Assembly: GCA_038889235.1 (NCBI GenBank) | Contig: JAWAHN010000002.1 | Location: 254,356-286,355 of the forward strand | Length of the DNA: 32,000 nt | Direction of reading: 5' to 3' | From: Candidatus Jordarchaeales archaeon | GTDB lineage: Archaea; Asgardarchaeota; Jordiarchaeia; Jordiarchaeales; Freyrarchaeaceae | Shown here: positions 15,058-24,317 of the stretch, piece by piece | Position numbering within the stretch: the first letter of the stretch is position 1 | Layout of the letters: each line of letters opens with the position of its first letter | Program-made: the position numbers and the translations under genes | The notes under the pieces: model-generated | Told to the model about the DNA's origin: nothing | What the model saw: the letters and a program-made list of their open reading frames with translations, nothing else | Databases searched by the model: none

Positions 15058-17604
15058 TTGCTCGTTATCGACTTTGATGGGCGCAAAGACGAAATCTATG
15101 TTATAGATGCAGACGTCCAAGTTGGGGTGAGCTCCGATAAAGTTAGCAAAAGTTACAACTTAGACGAGTTGCAAGTTTTTGTAAAGAAGCTTGAAGGAGA
15201 GCTTCTCCTTAAAAGCGCGCTCCTCAAAAACAAGACAGTCAAATTTAACCCAACAATTCCCCTCGGTTTGAAGGAAATTCATCCAAAAGTTTTTAGTGGA
15301 TTCGTTGACGAGTTTTTCGTCTCCCCGTTCGTTACAAGAATATCCTTTAGTGGTGGAGAAGTGGAGTTTCTGTCCCAGGAAATTTCCCGGAACAACGTAT
15401 TAATGCTCAAGTGGCTTCAAAGCTTCAACGCGTTTAATTCGCTTCCTTTCAGGTATGTTCTTCCATCCGAAGTCCCGGACATAGCGTACATTGTCTCAGA
15501 AGGTTATAGAGGTGTGCGAACTAAGTTTGACAACATTTCGTGGATCACAACCTTGTACTCCGACCTCTCTTACTTCAAGATGCCGTTAATCGTCGAAGTA
15601 TTCAAAAGGCATGAGTTAGATTTGTTGGAAAAGTTTGTCGAGCAGAACGAGAGCAGCGGCCGTCTAGAAAACCCGATAATCGTCATCCCATACTTAAAGG
15701 AACAAGTAAAGTTCAACCTCTATGGCTTCATGGGTGTAAAAAATGTTTTTCTTTGCACCTCCCCTCTGCAAATAACTACATTGAAACAATTAATTTACAA
15801 TCTTAGCGAGATTGACAGCGAGTGGTTTAAACACATAATCTTCGGGTCTGGTTTCCCCTATTCCAGCATTCGGGATGTTGTGAACAGTGTTGTCCTCCTC
15901 CTCGATGAAGACCTTCCCGGCGGTCTGAGAGCATTTAAGTGGATTATGGGGCTTAATGCACTATCCTTCCTTCCTCCGAAAGCACGCCGTGAAGGCGATA
16001 TAGAAACAGGTGAGATTTGTGTTGTTGCCGAGGGTGACGTGGCCAAAACGCTTGTTTCCTCCCTCAAAAGAGTGATACTTCATGCCGTAAACAGGAACTC
16101 TTTGCATTTGGACAGCTGCGACTGCCTAGCAGTTTTGGATCGCGAGTGCGTGGACTTGAATAAATGCTTTTTCACCTTTTCATCTATTAAAGAAAAGAAG
16201 TTTGGCAGTATACTCTTTCTACTAGAAGAGAACGGCGAAACTGCTACTATACTCCTAGTACGACAGGAAGTTGCCAGAAGGTCAAGAAGCAGGTTCTTAA
16301 GCGACTTTCTTGAACAACCAGAAATACAGGCGGCTATTCTAAATGCATCTAAACTTACATCCAATACCGACGTAGAAAACTGGTTGAAATGGTTAATTGA
16401 GCACTATAAGGAAAGAGGCATAGTAAACTATGAAGACATAAACGTATTTACAGTTCATACATTCGACTTAAAGGACAGGGTCGCCTTAATGAACGAAGAA
16501 GACATGCGTTTCCTCAACCTGAAAGAAGGTGACTTGATAGTATCAAGAACAACCCTAACCGGAGACTGGTACATAGTCCCTGTAAAAGTAGGAGAGAATG
16601 TTCCAGGAGGCTCATTATGGGTTGACGAGAAAGTAATAAACACTTGGTATGTTTTCGAAGGAGATACCGTTAGAGTTGAAAAATTTGAGGGCGTCATACA
16701 CCCCCTCAAGGAAGTAGTCCTAGTTTCCGATGAAGCAGGCAAAATAGCTGAAATCAAAGAAAGTGTTGAGAGTATACTAGACGGCATTATTGTAGGGCAA
16801 AACTCTCGCATCGTTCTCCTAACAGAGAACGACATGCCCCACGTTGTGACGGTTGCAAAATTTGACCCAGCACATCTAACTGCAGGACTAGTTAAGAGGG
16901 GAGAAACGAGAATAAGTCTCCTTCCTAAGAGTGCCTTTACTCCTTACAACCTCATCTTAATAATAGACTTCACGGAAACCATGGGTAAATGCGCTCCTGT
17001 AGCAGTGGACCCCGCCGTAATTGATGAAATAAAACACCTAACCCCCATAAGCGCCGAGGGGCTTCCTGGAGAAGCCAATTGTGCTCTAGCTGCCTCCCTC
17101 GCGCTTTCCTACCTCTTAACAAAAATAGTTAAAGTTAGCAATTTGAGCAAGGTGTTCCTGCTCACTTGCTCGGACGAAGTAAGCAAGTTCTCTCTGCTTG
17201 AGGGGCGAAAAGTTTCCTCATACCTCGAGATAACTCCTCAAAAGCAGAACGTCGCGCTAAAAATACTCATTTCGCATATTTTTGATAAGTGCAAACACGG
17301 GTGTAAGGGTAATGTCAAGCTTTCTGAGGCAGCAAACGAGATAAAAAATCTGATAGAAAGTGTAAAGGACGGGAATACTTTCCTCGTTCTCTTCGTAATT
17401 CCAGGCGAAAGACTCGAAGAAGCATTAAAAGCAACCGAGCACCTTAAAGGAGATAATAGAGTTAAGGTTGTTTTCATAAGCATAGAGTCCGTGGGATCAG
17501 CTCAAGAAGTGAAAGACAGTATATGCATACGCGAGGTAAAACCTGAAACGCTTAACGAAGCAATTAAACATTTACTCAGCACAACATTCCTTCACAAGTC
17601 GTAA
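15058..17604 (+). CDS. Fusion protein: degenerate amidohydrolase + linker domain + CDC48-N-like domain + degenerate vWA (paralogue of 1326-2840 plus 2869-4338)
   Basis: Collinear matches: IYVIDADVQVG vs IYVVDAHHHLG; HIIFGSGFPY..VLLLDEDLPG..IMGLNALSFLPP vs KIIFGTDFPY..YVLSDDFPG..ILGVNILRLIPP; GDTVRVEKFEG vs GFEIDIKRFEG; PYNLILIIDFTETM vs PFNAILLIDVSRSM; ALSYLLTKI..KVFLLTCSDE vs ALLYLVEKV..KVAVITYSED. Confidence 0.8.
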   Translation: MLVIDFDGRKDEIYVIDADVQVGVSSDKVSKSYNLDELQVFVKKLEGELLLKSALLKNKTVKFNPTIPLGLKEIHPKVFSGFVDEFFVSPFVTRISFSGGEVEFLSQEISRNNVLMLKWLQSFNAFNSLPFRYVLPSEVPDIAYIVSEGYRGVRTKFDNISWITTLYSDLSYFKMPLIVEVFKRHELDLLEKFVEQNESSGRLENPIIVIPYLKEQVKFNLYGFMGVKNVFLCTSPLQITTLKQLIYNLSEIDSEWFKHIIFGSGFPYSSIRDVVNSVVLLLDEDLPGGLRAFKWIMGLNALSFLPPKARREGDIETGEICVVAEGDVAKTLVSSLKRVILHAVNRNSLHLDSCDCLAVLDRECVDLNKCFFTFSSIKEKKFGSILFLLEENGETATILLVRQEVARRSRSRFLSDFLEQPEIQAAILNASKLTSNTDVENWLKWLIEHYKERGIVNYEDINVFTVHTFDLKDRVALMNEEDMRFLNLKEGDLIVSRTTLTGDWYIVPVKVGENVPGGSLWVDEKVINTWYVFEGDTVRVEKFEGVIHPLKEVVLVSDEAGKIAEIKESVESILDGIIVGQNSRIVLLTENDMPHVVTVAKFDPAHLTAGLVKRGETRISLLPKSAFTPYNLILIIDFTETMGKCAPVAVDPAVIDEIKHLTPISAEGLPGEANCALAASLALSYLLTKIVKVSNLSKVFLLTCSDEVSKFSLLEGRKVSSYLEITPQKQNVALKILISHIFDKCKHGCKGNVKLSEAANEIKNLIESVKDGNTFLVLFVIPGERLEEALKATEHLKGDNRVKVVFISIESVGSAQEVKDSICIREVKPETLNEAIKHLLSTTFLHKS

Positions 17605-17676
17605 TTTAAGAAAAAATTTATTGAAGCATCCCTACACATACTTATTGTGTGACTTCGACTTTGGAGGACACTTGAA

Positions 17677-18711
17677 ATGTCAAGCGATGTAGAGCTAGAG
17701 TTCGAGCCGTGGAGCAGGAGGTCCATTATCGCCGGCACCTCTTATGCTGTCCAAATTGGCAAAATAGGTGGAGAATGGGCGGTTTGCATATTTAGAGGGA
17801 AAGAAGTCATAGCTGTCAAGAAAACCGGAACCCTAGATATAAACGTGTTAACTTCAATTATCTATAGCAGTCTCGCGACTCCTCCATCTCACTATGCCAT
17901 TATGAAAGCCCTAAGCAACATAATCACAGAAGCTAAAGTCAGACAGACACCTTTAGCTCCGCCGTCAACGCAAAAACAAGTTCCACAACCACTCCCCTCA
18001 CAAGAGGCTGTACCACGAGAAGAGGAAATTTTGTCCAAAGAACTCCCAGTACCCACAGTTAAAGTCGAGGAAGAAGTGCGAGAAAAACCTCTCGAAATAA
18101 TTGTCCAGGAACCCCAAAAAGTTAGCGAAGCTGCGGTTGAACAGGTAACCACTTACCCAATGCTATCCAAAGAGTCTGAAATTACGATAGAGAAGAAGGA
18201 AGTAGTTGAGGAAAAGAAAGTATCTACAATAGAAGACATTTCCTTTCCAGAAAAATGGGAGAAAACTGTTTCAAGTCTTATGTTGCTTTGGAGCATAGCG
18301 GTATCATTTATTACGGAGAAAGCGAAGAAAAAAGCCGACGAACTCTGGAGCCACTACCGCTCTTTGATACGGGAGTCGTGGAGTAAAGTTAAAGAAACCG
18401 ACTTCAAGAAACTCATGAACCTACTTATCTCCCAGTGTCGCTTCATGGGAGCTAACGTTGTTAAAATTGAAAAATTCACTGAAAGCTACCTAGAGTCAGA
18501 CATAGAGTGTTTAGCGTCAATCTTCAAGGAAAGATATAGAAACATTCTGAATCTTCCACCAGAGTTCCCATGCATCATATGCCAGATGAGAGGAGAAGAA
18601 ATCGGAAAGCTTCACGGTTTAAAAATAGAGATTGTGGTGAAAGACAACGGGTGTAAAATAAAAGCTCAAGCTCCATCTGTAAGAGAAACCAGCGAGCTTA
18701 TCGTGATATAA
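17677..18711 (+). CDS. Hypothetical two-domain protein with a P/Q/E-rich linker and a Cys-containing C-terminal domain (V4R/H-NOX/Bet3-like fold possible)
   Basis: 344-aa ORF with GGAGG RBS. Linker PLAPPSTQKQVPQPLPSQ...; C-terminal IEC...PCIIC...NGCKI pattern. Confidence 0.6.
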   Translation: MSSDVELEFEPWSRRSIIAGTSYAVQIGKIGGEWAVCIFRGKEVIAVKKTGTLDINVLTSIIYSSLATPPSHYAIMKALSNIITEAKVRQTPLAPPSTQKQVPQPLPSQEAVPREEEILSKELPVPTVKVEEEVREKPLEIIVQEPQKVSEAAVEQVTTYPMLSKESEITIEKKEVVEEKKVSTIEDISFPEKWEKTVSSLMLLWSIAVSFITEKAKKKADELWSHYRSLIRESWSKVKETDFKKLMNLLISQCRFMGANVVKIEKFTESYLESDIECLASIFKERYRNILNLPPEFPCIICQMRGEEIGKLHGLKIEIVVKDNGCKIKAQAPSVRETSELIVI

Positions 18712-18753
18712 TCTATCTCTTCTTTGTCTCATTAGATATCAACGTGTTCCCGC

Positions 18754-18773
18754 GGGGAGTTCACCCCTTTTTT
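18754..18773 (+). terminator. Short GC hairpin plus T-run between convergent genes
   Basis: GGGG-AGTTCA-CCCC followed by TTTTTT, in the gap between convergent genes (stops at 18711 and 18780). Confidence 0.35.
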
Positions 18774-18779
18774 ATTCTA

Positions 18780-19970
18780 TCAACTACTTTCGAGGACGAA
18801 TTCTTCAATTTTGTTGAAAGCTTCCTCTAGAATTTCTATGGGCGGCAGAAATACTATTCTCACGTGGTTTTTCCCCTGTTCTCCGAAGCCGGAGCCATGC
18901 ACTATGAGCACACCCTTACTCCTAAGAAGTCCCTCCACAAACTTTTCATCACTGCCCCACTCATCAACATCAATTTTCGGGAATATGTAAAATGCCCCCC
19001 GGGGCATCTCACATCGAACATTTGGAATCTCGCTCAAGCGTTTAAACGAATAATCTCTTCTTTCCCTCAACTTCGAAACCATTTCTTTAATGTGTTCTTT
19101 AGAGCCGTTAAGCGCTGCAACCCCGGCAATCTGCGCCGGAATGTTTACTGAAAGTCTCATTCGCGCCATCTTCATGACGCCTTCCTTAACTTCGCTCAAC
19201 AAGTTTTCTGGATCGTAAAAGTAGACATAACCCAACCTCCAACCAGTAATCAGGTAAGTTTTTGAGAGGCCGTTAAGCCCTATCACCGGAACGTCGTTTG
19301 AAAGAGACGCTGTGCTCCTGAACCCTCCATCGTAAACTATTAAGTCATATATTTCATCGGAAATCACTGGAATTTCGTACTCACCAGCAATATCCAACAC
19401 TCCTTTCACTATCTTATCTGAATAAACAGCGCCTGAAGGATTGTTAGGATTAATCAAGACTATAGCTTTCACTTTTTCTCCCATCTTCTTCCTTATGTCA
19501 TCAATGTCAGGTATCCAGCCGTCATCTTCAATACACCTATACTTTTTCACACTAATCCCGTTAAGGAAGGCATAAGAAATGTACGGGGGATACGAGGGAT
19601 CAGGAACTAAAATCTCATCTCCAATATCGGCTATCGACGGTAGGACAAGCTGAATTCCCTCAGAAACCCCAGCCGTAACGAGGACGTCGTCGGGCATCAG
19701 CCCTCTTACCCCATTAACCTCCCGCTCCTTCTTGCATATAGCTTCCCTAAGTTCTAGGATCCCCTCAGAAGGAGCATAGTAAGTGTATCCTTTCATCGCA
19801 GCGCTAGCAAACGCCTCCCTTATGTGAAGGGGTGTTTCAAAGTAGAGGGCCGGGTCACCTATATTCAAATATATTATCTTTTTTCCTTCCCTTTCTAGCT
19901 GTTTAGCGTGATTTACAAGGTCCCTTATCGCATAGTTTATCATCGTAACTCTCTTACTGCCTATGAACAA
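18780..19970 (-). CDS. PLP-dependent aminotransferase class I/II (AlaA/alanine aminotransferase-like)
   Basis: YLNIGDP, YAPSEGILELREAI, NPNNPSGAV, DEIYD, NGLSKTYLITGWRLG (PLP Lys). TTG start with GGAGG RBS. Confidence 0.92.
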   Translation of the reverse strand: MFIGSKRVTMINYAIRDLVNHAKQLEREGKKIIYLNIGDPALYFETPLHIREAFASAAMKGYTYYAPSEGILELREAICKKEREVNGVRGLMPDDVLVTAGVSEGIQLVLPSIADIGDEILVPDPSYPPYISYAFLNGISVKKYRCIEDDGWIPDIDDIRKKMGEKVKAIVLINPNNPSGAVYSDKIVKGVLDIAGEYEIPVISDEIYDLIVYDGGFRSTASLSNDVPVIGLNGLSKTYLITGWRLGYVYFYDPENLLSEVKEGVMKMARMRLSVNIPAQIAGVAALNGSKEHIKEMVSKLRERRDYSFKRLSEIPNVRCEMPRGAFYIFPKIDVDEWGSDEKFVEGLLRSKGVLIVHGSGFGEQGKNHVRIVFLPPIEILEEAFNKIEEFVLESS

Positions 19971-19996
19971 GCGTGCTCCTCCGTTTTTTAATTCAA

Positions 19997-21442
19997 CTAA
20001 GATTGAGCGGTGACTTTTAGCTTTATCGCTTCTAGGAAGTATTCCAGCTCCCCCCTAAATCCTTTTCCCTTAGCTTCCCTTTTAGTGAATCCCTTTCTGC
20101 GTGCAATCTTTCTTAGAGCCTTGTCAACCCCTGACCCATATTGCAAAGCTATCTTTTTTCTTTCAATGGCAGATCTCGGAACATTGAAGCGCTCAGCTAC
20201 CCTCCTTAAAATATACTTTCTGATGCACCCCTCTCTGGTTTTGGCAATCTTGTACTGGGGCGGTATTCTAACAGCATATTCTACTAGGTCTACGTCGAGA
20301 AAGGGACGGCGTAGAGAGATACCGACGCTTCCCGCTACCTCCTCTTCCCTAGCTAGATCCCTCTCGGGGAGCATATTAAGATAGTAAATAAGCGTGGAGT
20401 GTAGTGCCTCGTAGTCTCCCTCATTCAAAGCGGAAACGAACCTTGAATACCCACCGAAAAGCTCGTCGGCTCCGGTGCCGTTTATCGCATACTCGCACCC
20501 ATCTCTGCGAGCAGCACTTAAAGCAAGAAATATGGGTATTGACAGTTCCACGTTTAAAGTATTCCTCCCAAAGGCTTTAACAACAATTGGAAGAACATCA
20601 AGTAACTCTTCCTCAGATATGTACTTCACTTTCACCTCCAAACCGATTTCCTCACCTGTAGAAACAGCGTTCTCAACGTCCTTACTTCCTTCGAAGCCCG
20701 AACAATATAACCTGCACTTAACCCCACTTTCGCGTAAAACAGAGGCTATTATTGTGCTGTCAAGCCCTCCAGAGAAAAGGACACATATCTTTCCACTGCT
20801 TCTCTCCAAAACAGCCTTCCTGAGTGCAAGCGAAACACCTTCTACAGCCTCCTCAAAACTCAAGCTCTTTTCATAACTTTCCGGGATACGATACCACGTC
20901 TCAATATTCCTTATCTTTCCTTCAGACGCGAACACCATTGATCCGGCGGGAACCAGTCTAGGTTCAACACCCACCGCTTCAACGACTCTCTTCCTGTTTG
21001 AGAAAACAACAAAGCCTTCTCCTAAACCGTAATATAGCGTCCTGCGCCCAAGCCCGTCGCTAACCGCTACTACGCGCCCCTCCCTAAATAAAAGAGTTGC
21101 CACTTCTGCCTTGGCCCTTCTCATCAAATCCGTAATATATCCGTTTTCCACTGCCTTGAGAATATCTCTGGCAAAGTACTCCAACCCCTCAGCTCCATAA
21201 ACTTCACCAGTAACCACAGCAGCTTCGCCCTCTACACCGAAGTGGGAACAATCACCTCCCCTAACACTAACTCCAACACAATCTCCAACCAAGCTTCGAC
21301 GAACGCTACTTCCTTCATCAGCAGGAGTACAACCCTCCTCGGAGAAGATGTAAACCCCACTAGTCCCACCCTGGCGTAACTCAGCTACTATTTTCGCTAT
21401 AGGCGCTTCTTTTGTCGAAGAAACTCCAAAAATCACGCTCAA
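19997..21442 (-). CDS. Asparagine synthase (AsnB)-family protein with a degenerate N-terminal glutaminase domain
   Basis: VLFSGGLDS (PP-loop), GTGADELFGGY, RRPFLD, RKYILRRVA, RKKIALQYGSG. The N-terminus is MSVIFG instead of MCGIxG, and there is no HRGPD. Confidence 0.85.
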   Translation of the reverse strand: MSVIFGVSSTKEAPIAKIVAELRQGGTSGVYIFSEEGCTPADEGSSVRRSLVGDCVGVSVRGGDCSHFGVEGEAAVVTGEVYGAEGLEYFARDILKAVENGYITDLMRRAKAEVATLLFREGRVVAVSDGLGRRTLYYGLGEGFVVFSNRKRVVEAVGVEPRLVPAGSMVFASEGKIRNIETWYRIPESYEKSLSFEEAVEGVSLALRKAVLERSSGKICVLFSGGLDSTIIASVLRESGVKCRLYCSGFEGSKDVENAVSTGEEIGLEVKVKYISEEELLDVLPIVVKAFGRNTLNVELSIPIFLALSAARRDGCEYAINGTGADELFGGYSRFVSALNEGDYEALHSTLIYYLNMLPERDLAREEEVAGSVGISLRRPFLDVDLVEYAVRIPPQYKIAKTREGCIRKYILRRVAERFNVPRSAIERKKIALQYGSGVDKALRKIARRKGFTKREAKGKGFRGELEYFLEAIKLKVTAQS

Positions 21443-21539
21443 CTTGTCCCACCACTGCTGCCCATTGCAACCAAGAAACTTTTTAGCTTCTTTTAATCTT
21501 GTTTGTGACGCTGTTCGCTCTTCCGGTGGGGCTCGACGA

Positions 21540-22820
21540 ATGCTGAAGGAACTGAAGGATCTGCACGGGTTATACCAGCCAACTTACAAGCAAAACATAT
21601 TCTCGGTCATACCCACAGCAATAAAAATCCTGGGCATAGAAACAGGTAAACCCACCCTTTCAAGCAAGACTGTTAAAAGAAGTTTTGAGGAAGCATCTTG
21701 CTTCGACGTAGAAAAAGTCGTGTGCGTGCTAGTTGACTCTGTTAGTGTTAGGCAGCTAAGCTTATTTGAAAAACTAGAAAAAGTCTGGGGCAAACTTGGC
21801 GAACTCACCTTATCCTCCGTTTTCCCGACAGTAACCTCTTCAGCAATAGTCTCGGTCCACTCCGGCTTACCACCTGAGAGACACGGCATAGTAGGACACA
21901 AAATATGGTTCCAGCAGCTCGGAACAATTGTGGACACACTTAAGATGGCATCAGTTAAAGCTCCTTCCACAGACAGGCTTGTGAAGAGCGGAATAGATGC
22001 CCGCGTCTTGCTACTGGAAGATGGCCTGTACGGCTCTCTCAACAACACCGACGTTTTACACGTGGAATTAATGCCTTCAAGCATAGCTAGAACCGGATTA
22101 TCCCACGTCCTCGGGGTCGAGGACGTAACGGTGGAATTCGAAAATCCGGTAGACGCATTTTCAACCTTACACTCAATTCTGGAAAAGTACGCCGAGAGAA
22201 AGGCGTTAATAAACGTCTACTTCGACCTTACAGATGTTATAAGTCACAAGTATGGGCCGACCAGCGAGGAATACAGGCTTGCCGCTCGCCACATAGAAGA
22301 AGTCTTCACCCACTTCTTAGGTCACTTGAAGAAGGACGACGAGGTTGCCTTCTTCTTCTTCAGCGACCATGGACAGGAAGAAGTGGTTGAAGATAAAACT
22401 GTTAAAATATCAGAGGAGGAGGCGGGTCCTCTACTTCAGCATCTTAGGATGCCTCCGGGAAGATCGGGCCGCGTGGTGCACTTTTACGTCAAGGAGGGAG
22501 GTGAGGATGGTGTTGTGAAGTGGATTGAAGAAAAAGTTGGAGAAAAGGGCTTTCTAGTCGATTTTGAGAGAGCATGTAAGTTCTTTAACCTTAAACCGAA
22601 AAGCAGGTTTAAGAAGGAGGTCAAATCGAGGATGGGCGACTACATACTGGTCATGAATGCTGGTGCGGAGCTGAAATTCCAAAAGAAAGAGGAAAAGGTT
22701 AAGATAATCGAGGAAAAATGGATGGGCTCACATGGGTCGGCAACGCTAAACGAGCTATTGGTTCCGTTAATCGCTGCGAGAGCTGACGTTTTTAAAGAAC
22801 TTCTGGGGTTGAAGAAATGA
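21540..22820 (+). CDS. Alkaline phosphatase superfamily protein (nucleotide pyrophosphatase/phosphodiesterase-like)
   Basis: Probable start ATG 21540; the track start at 21444 leaves no promoter space opposite the AsnB-like gene. VLVDS, SVFPTVT (nucleophile region), HGIVG, DVISHKYGP, FSDHGQ, GSHGS. Confidence 0.88.
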   Translation: MLKELKDLHGLYQPTYKQNIFSVIPTAIKILGIETGKPTLSSKTVKRSFEEASCFDVEKVVCVLVDSVSVRQLSLFEKLEKVWGKLGELTLSSVFPTVTSSAIVSVHSGLPPERHGIVGHKIWFQQLGTIVDTLKMASVKAPSTDRLVKSGIDARVLLLEDGLYGSLNNTDVLHVELMPSSIARTGLSHVLGVEDVTVEFENPVDAFSTLHSILEKYAERKALINVYFDLTDVISHKYGPTSEEYRLAARHIEEVFTHFLGHLKKDDEVAFFFFSDHGQEEVVEDKTVKISEEEAGPLLQHLRMPPGRSGRVVHFYVKEGGEDGVVKWIEEKVGEKGFLVDFERACKFFNLKPKSRFKKEVKSRMGDYILVMNAGAELKFQKKEEKVKIIEEKWMGSHGSATLNELLVPLIAARADVFKELLGLKK

Positions 22821-23524
22821 CGAAGGATTTTTCCGTGATCATTCCAACATACAACGAGGAAAAATATCTTCAACGCTGCTTGAAATCTGTTTTGTCCCAA
22901 ACGGTTCCTCGAGAAAGCTACGAGATAATAGTGGTTGACGGCTATAGCGAAGACGGAACAATTAGGCTGGCGGAAAAGGCTGCAGACAAAGTAATCCTAG
23001 CAGAAAGAAAAGGGGCTGGAAACGCCAGAAATCTAGGAGCCAGTGTAGCCAAGGGTAAAATACTCGTTTTCCTCGACGCAGATACCGTCATCACGCCGAA
23101 CTTCATGGAAAGGGTTCGTGAGTGTTTCGCCGACAGAAGGGTGGTGGGAGGCACTTGTGACATATACCCCCTAGAAGCAGACCCACCTGCGGTTGCCCTC
23201 TACAGCCTGATAAATGTGCTCTACAAGTTTCTTTACAAGGTTGGTTTCCCGCACGCCCAGACTAAGTGCTGCTTCTATCTTCGTGAAGTCTTCATTAAAG
23301 TGGGAGGCTTTAATGAGAGGTTAATGGTTGCAGAAGATCAAGAACTCGCGTGGCGCATGTCAAAGAAAGGGAGGATGGTTTACGTTAAAGGGGTTGCCGC
23401 CTACTCCTCCATGCGGCGGGAGAAGAAGAAGGGATATATCGCAACCGTTATCGATTGGATTAAAAACTACCTGATGGTGGCTACTTTGGGGTACTCCCAG
23501 AAGTTTTGGGAGCCTGTAAGGTAA
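22817..23524 (+). CDS. Glycosyltransferase family 2
   Basis: SVIIPTYNEE, IIVVDGYSEDGT, ARNLGA, LVFLDAD (DxD), AEDQEL, SSMRR. ATGA overlap with the upstream gene. Confidence 0.93.
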   Translation: MTKDFSVIIPTYNEEKYLQRCLKSVLSQTVPRESYEIIVVDGYSEDGTIRLAEKAADKVILAERKGAGNARNLGASVAKGKILVFLDADTVITPNFMERVRECFADRRVVGGTCDIYPLEADPPAVALYSLINVLYKFLYKVGFPHAQTKCCFYLREVFIKVGGFNERLMVAEDQELAWRMSKKGRMVYVKGVAAYSSMRREKKKGYIATVIDWIKNYLMVATLGYSQKFWEPVR

Positions 23525-24142
23525 GTGGCAGGAGGTGTTCCGAGTTTGAGCATCATAGACATGCACGTCCACACAGAGTTTTCACCGTGTTCGAAGCTGA
23601 AGCTGGTTGAGGCCTTAGAGAAAGCATCACACATAGGAGTCGGCCTAGTTATAACTGATCACGACACAATTAAAGGTGCTCTAAAAGCGAAGTCCCTCTC
23701 CTGGAAGTACGAAGTGGCTGTCTTCATCGGTTGCGAGATTTCCACTAAGGACGGACAAATACTAGCATACGGAATAGAAGAAGAGATCCCGCCCCGTCTC
23801 CCTGCAGAGCAAACCATAGAACTCATCCGCGAGCAAGGTGGGGCCTCCGTCGCTCCACACCCGTTCTGCAGCGCTAGGGAAAGCCTGTTCGAAAAAACAT
23901 ACACCCTCCCATTAGACGGGATTGAAGTGTTAAACTTAGCCGAAGGCGGTATTAGTGAAGAGGCGAGAACAGTTGCCCTAAATAGGGGTTTAGCTCAGAC
24001 AGGTGGGAGCGACGCACACACGTTAAGCTTGGTCGGAGAAGCAGGTACAAAGTTTCCCTACCAGCCAGAATCAGAGGACGACCTAGTGGAGTTATTAAGA
24101 AAGAAGAAGTGTACTCCCGTGAAACTCACTCGCCGCTCTTGA
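23525..24142 (+). CDS. PHP-domain metallophosphoesterase
   Basis: DMHVHT, ITDHDT, GCEIS, PHPF, IEVLN, GGSDAH. Starts immediately after the GT2 stop. Confidence 0.9.
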   Translation: MAGGVPSLSIIDMHVHTEFSPCSKLKLVEALEKASHIGVGLVITDHDTIKGALKAKSLSWKYEVAVFIGCEISTKDGQILAYGIEEEIPPRLPAEQTIELIREQGGASVAPHPFCSARESLFEKTYTLPLDGIEVLNLAEGGISEEARTVALNRGLAQTGGSDAHTLSLVGEAGTKFPYQPESEDDLVELLRKKKCTPVKLTRRS

Positions 24143-24317
24143 ACCTCTCACCCCCATTTAGAAGCCTATGCGGTAATCAGTGCAAAGTGGATGGCGAAGC
24201 TGAACGTTACCCATTAAAAATTCCTAAAATATTGCTAGCAAGAACATTAGCTACCCGGATCATGTCTTCATTGCACTTTACGACTAGAAATTCACCCATC
24301 TTAATGGTTGGCGTCAA

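Noticed and set aside
18744-18767. GTGTTCCCGCGGGGAGTTCACC resembles a shortened type I-E CRISPR repeat
   Set aside because: Single copy, no spacers, no cas genes; better explained as a terminator-like hairpin.
21444-21539. Cys/His-rich N-terminus (MSHHCCP...) of the alkaline phosphatase family ORF
   Set aside because: It begins 1 nt from the divergent AsnB-like start and would leave no promoter space. ATG 21540 is the more plausible start.
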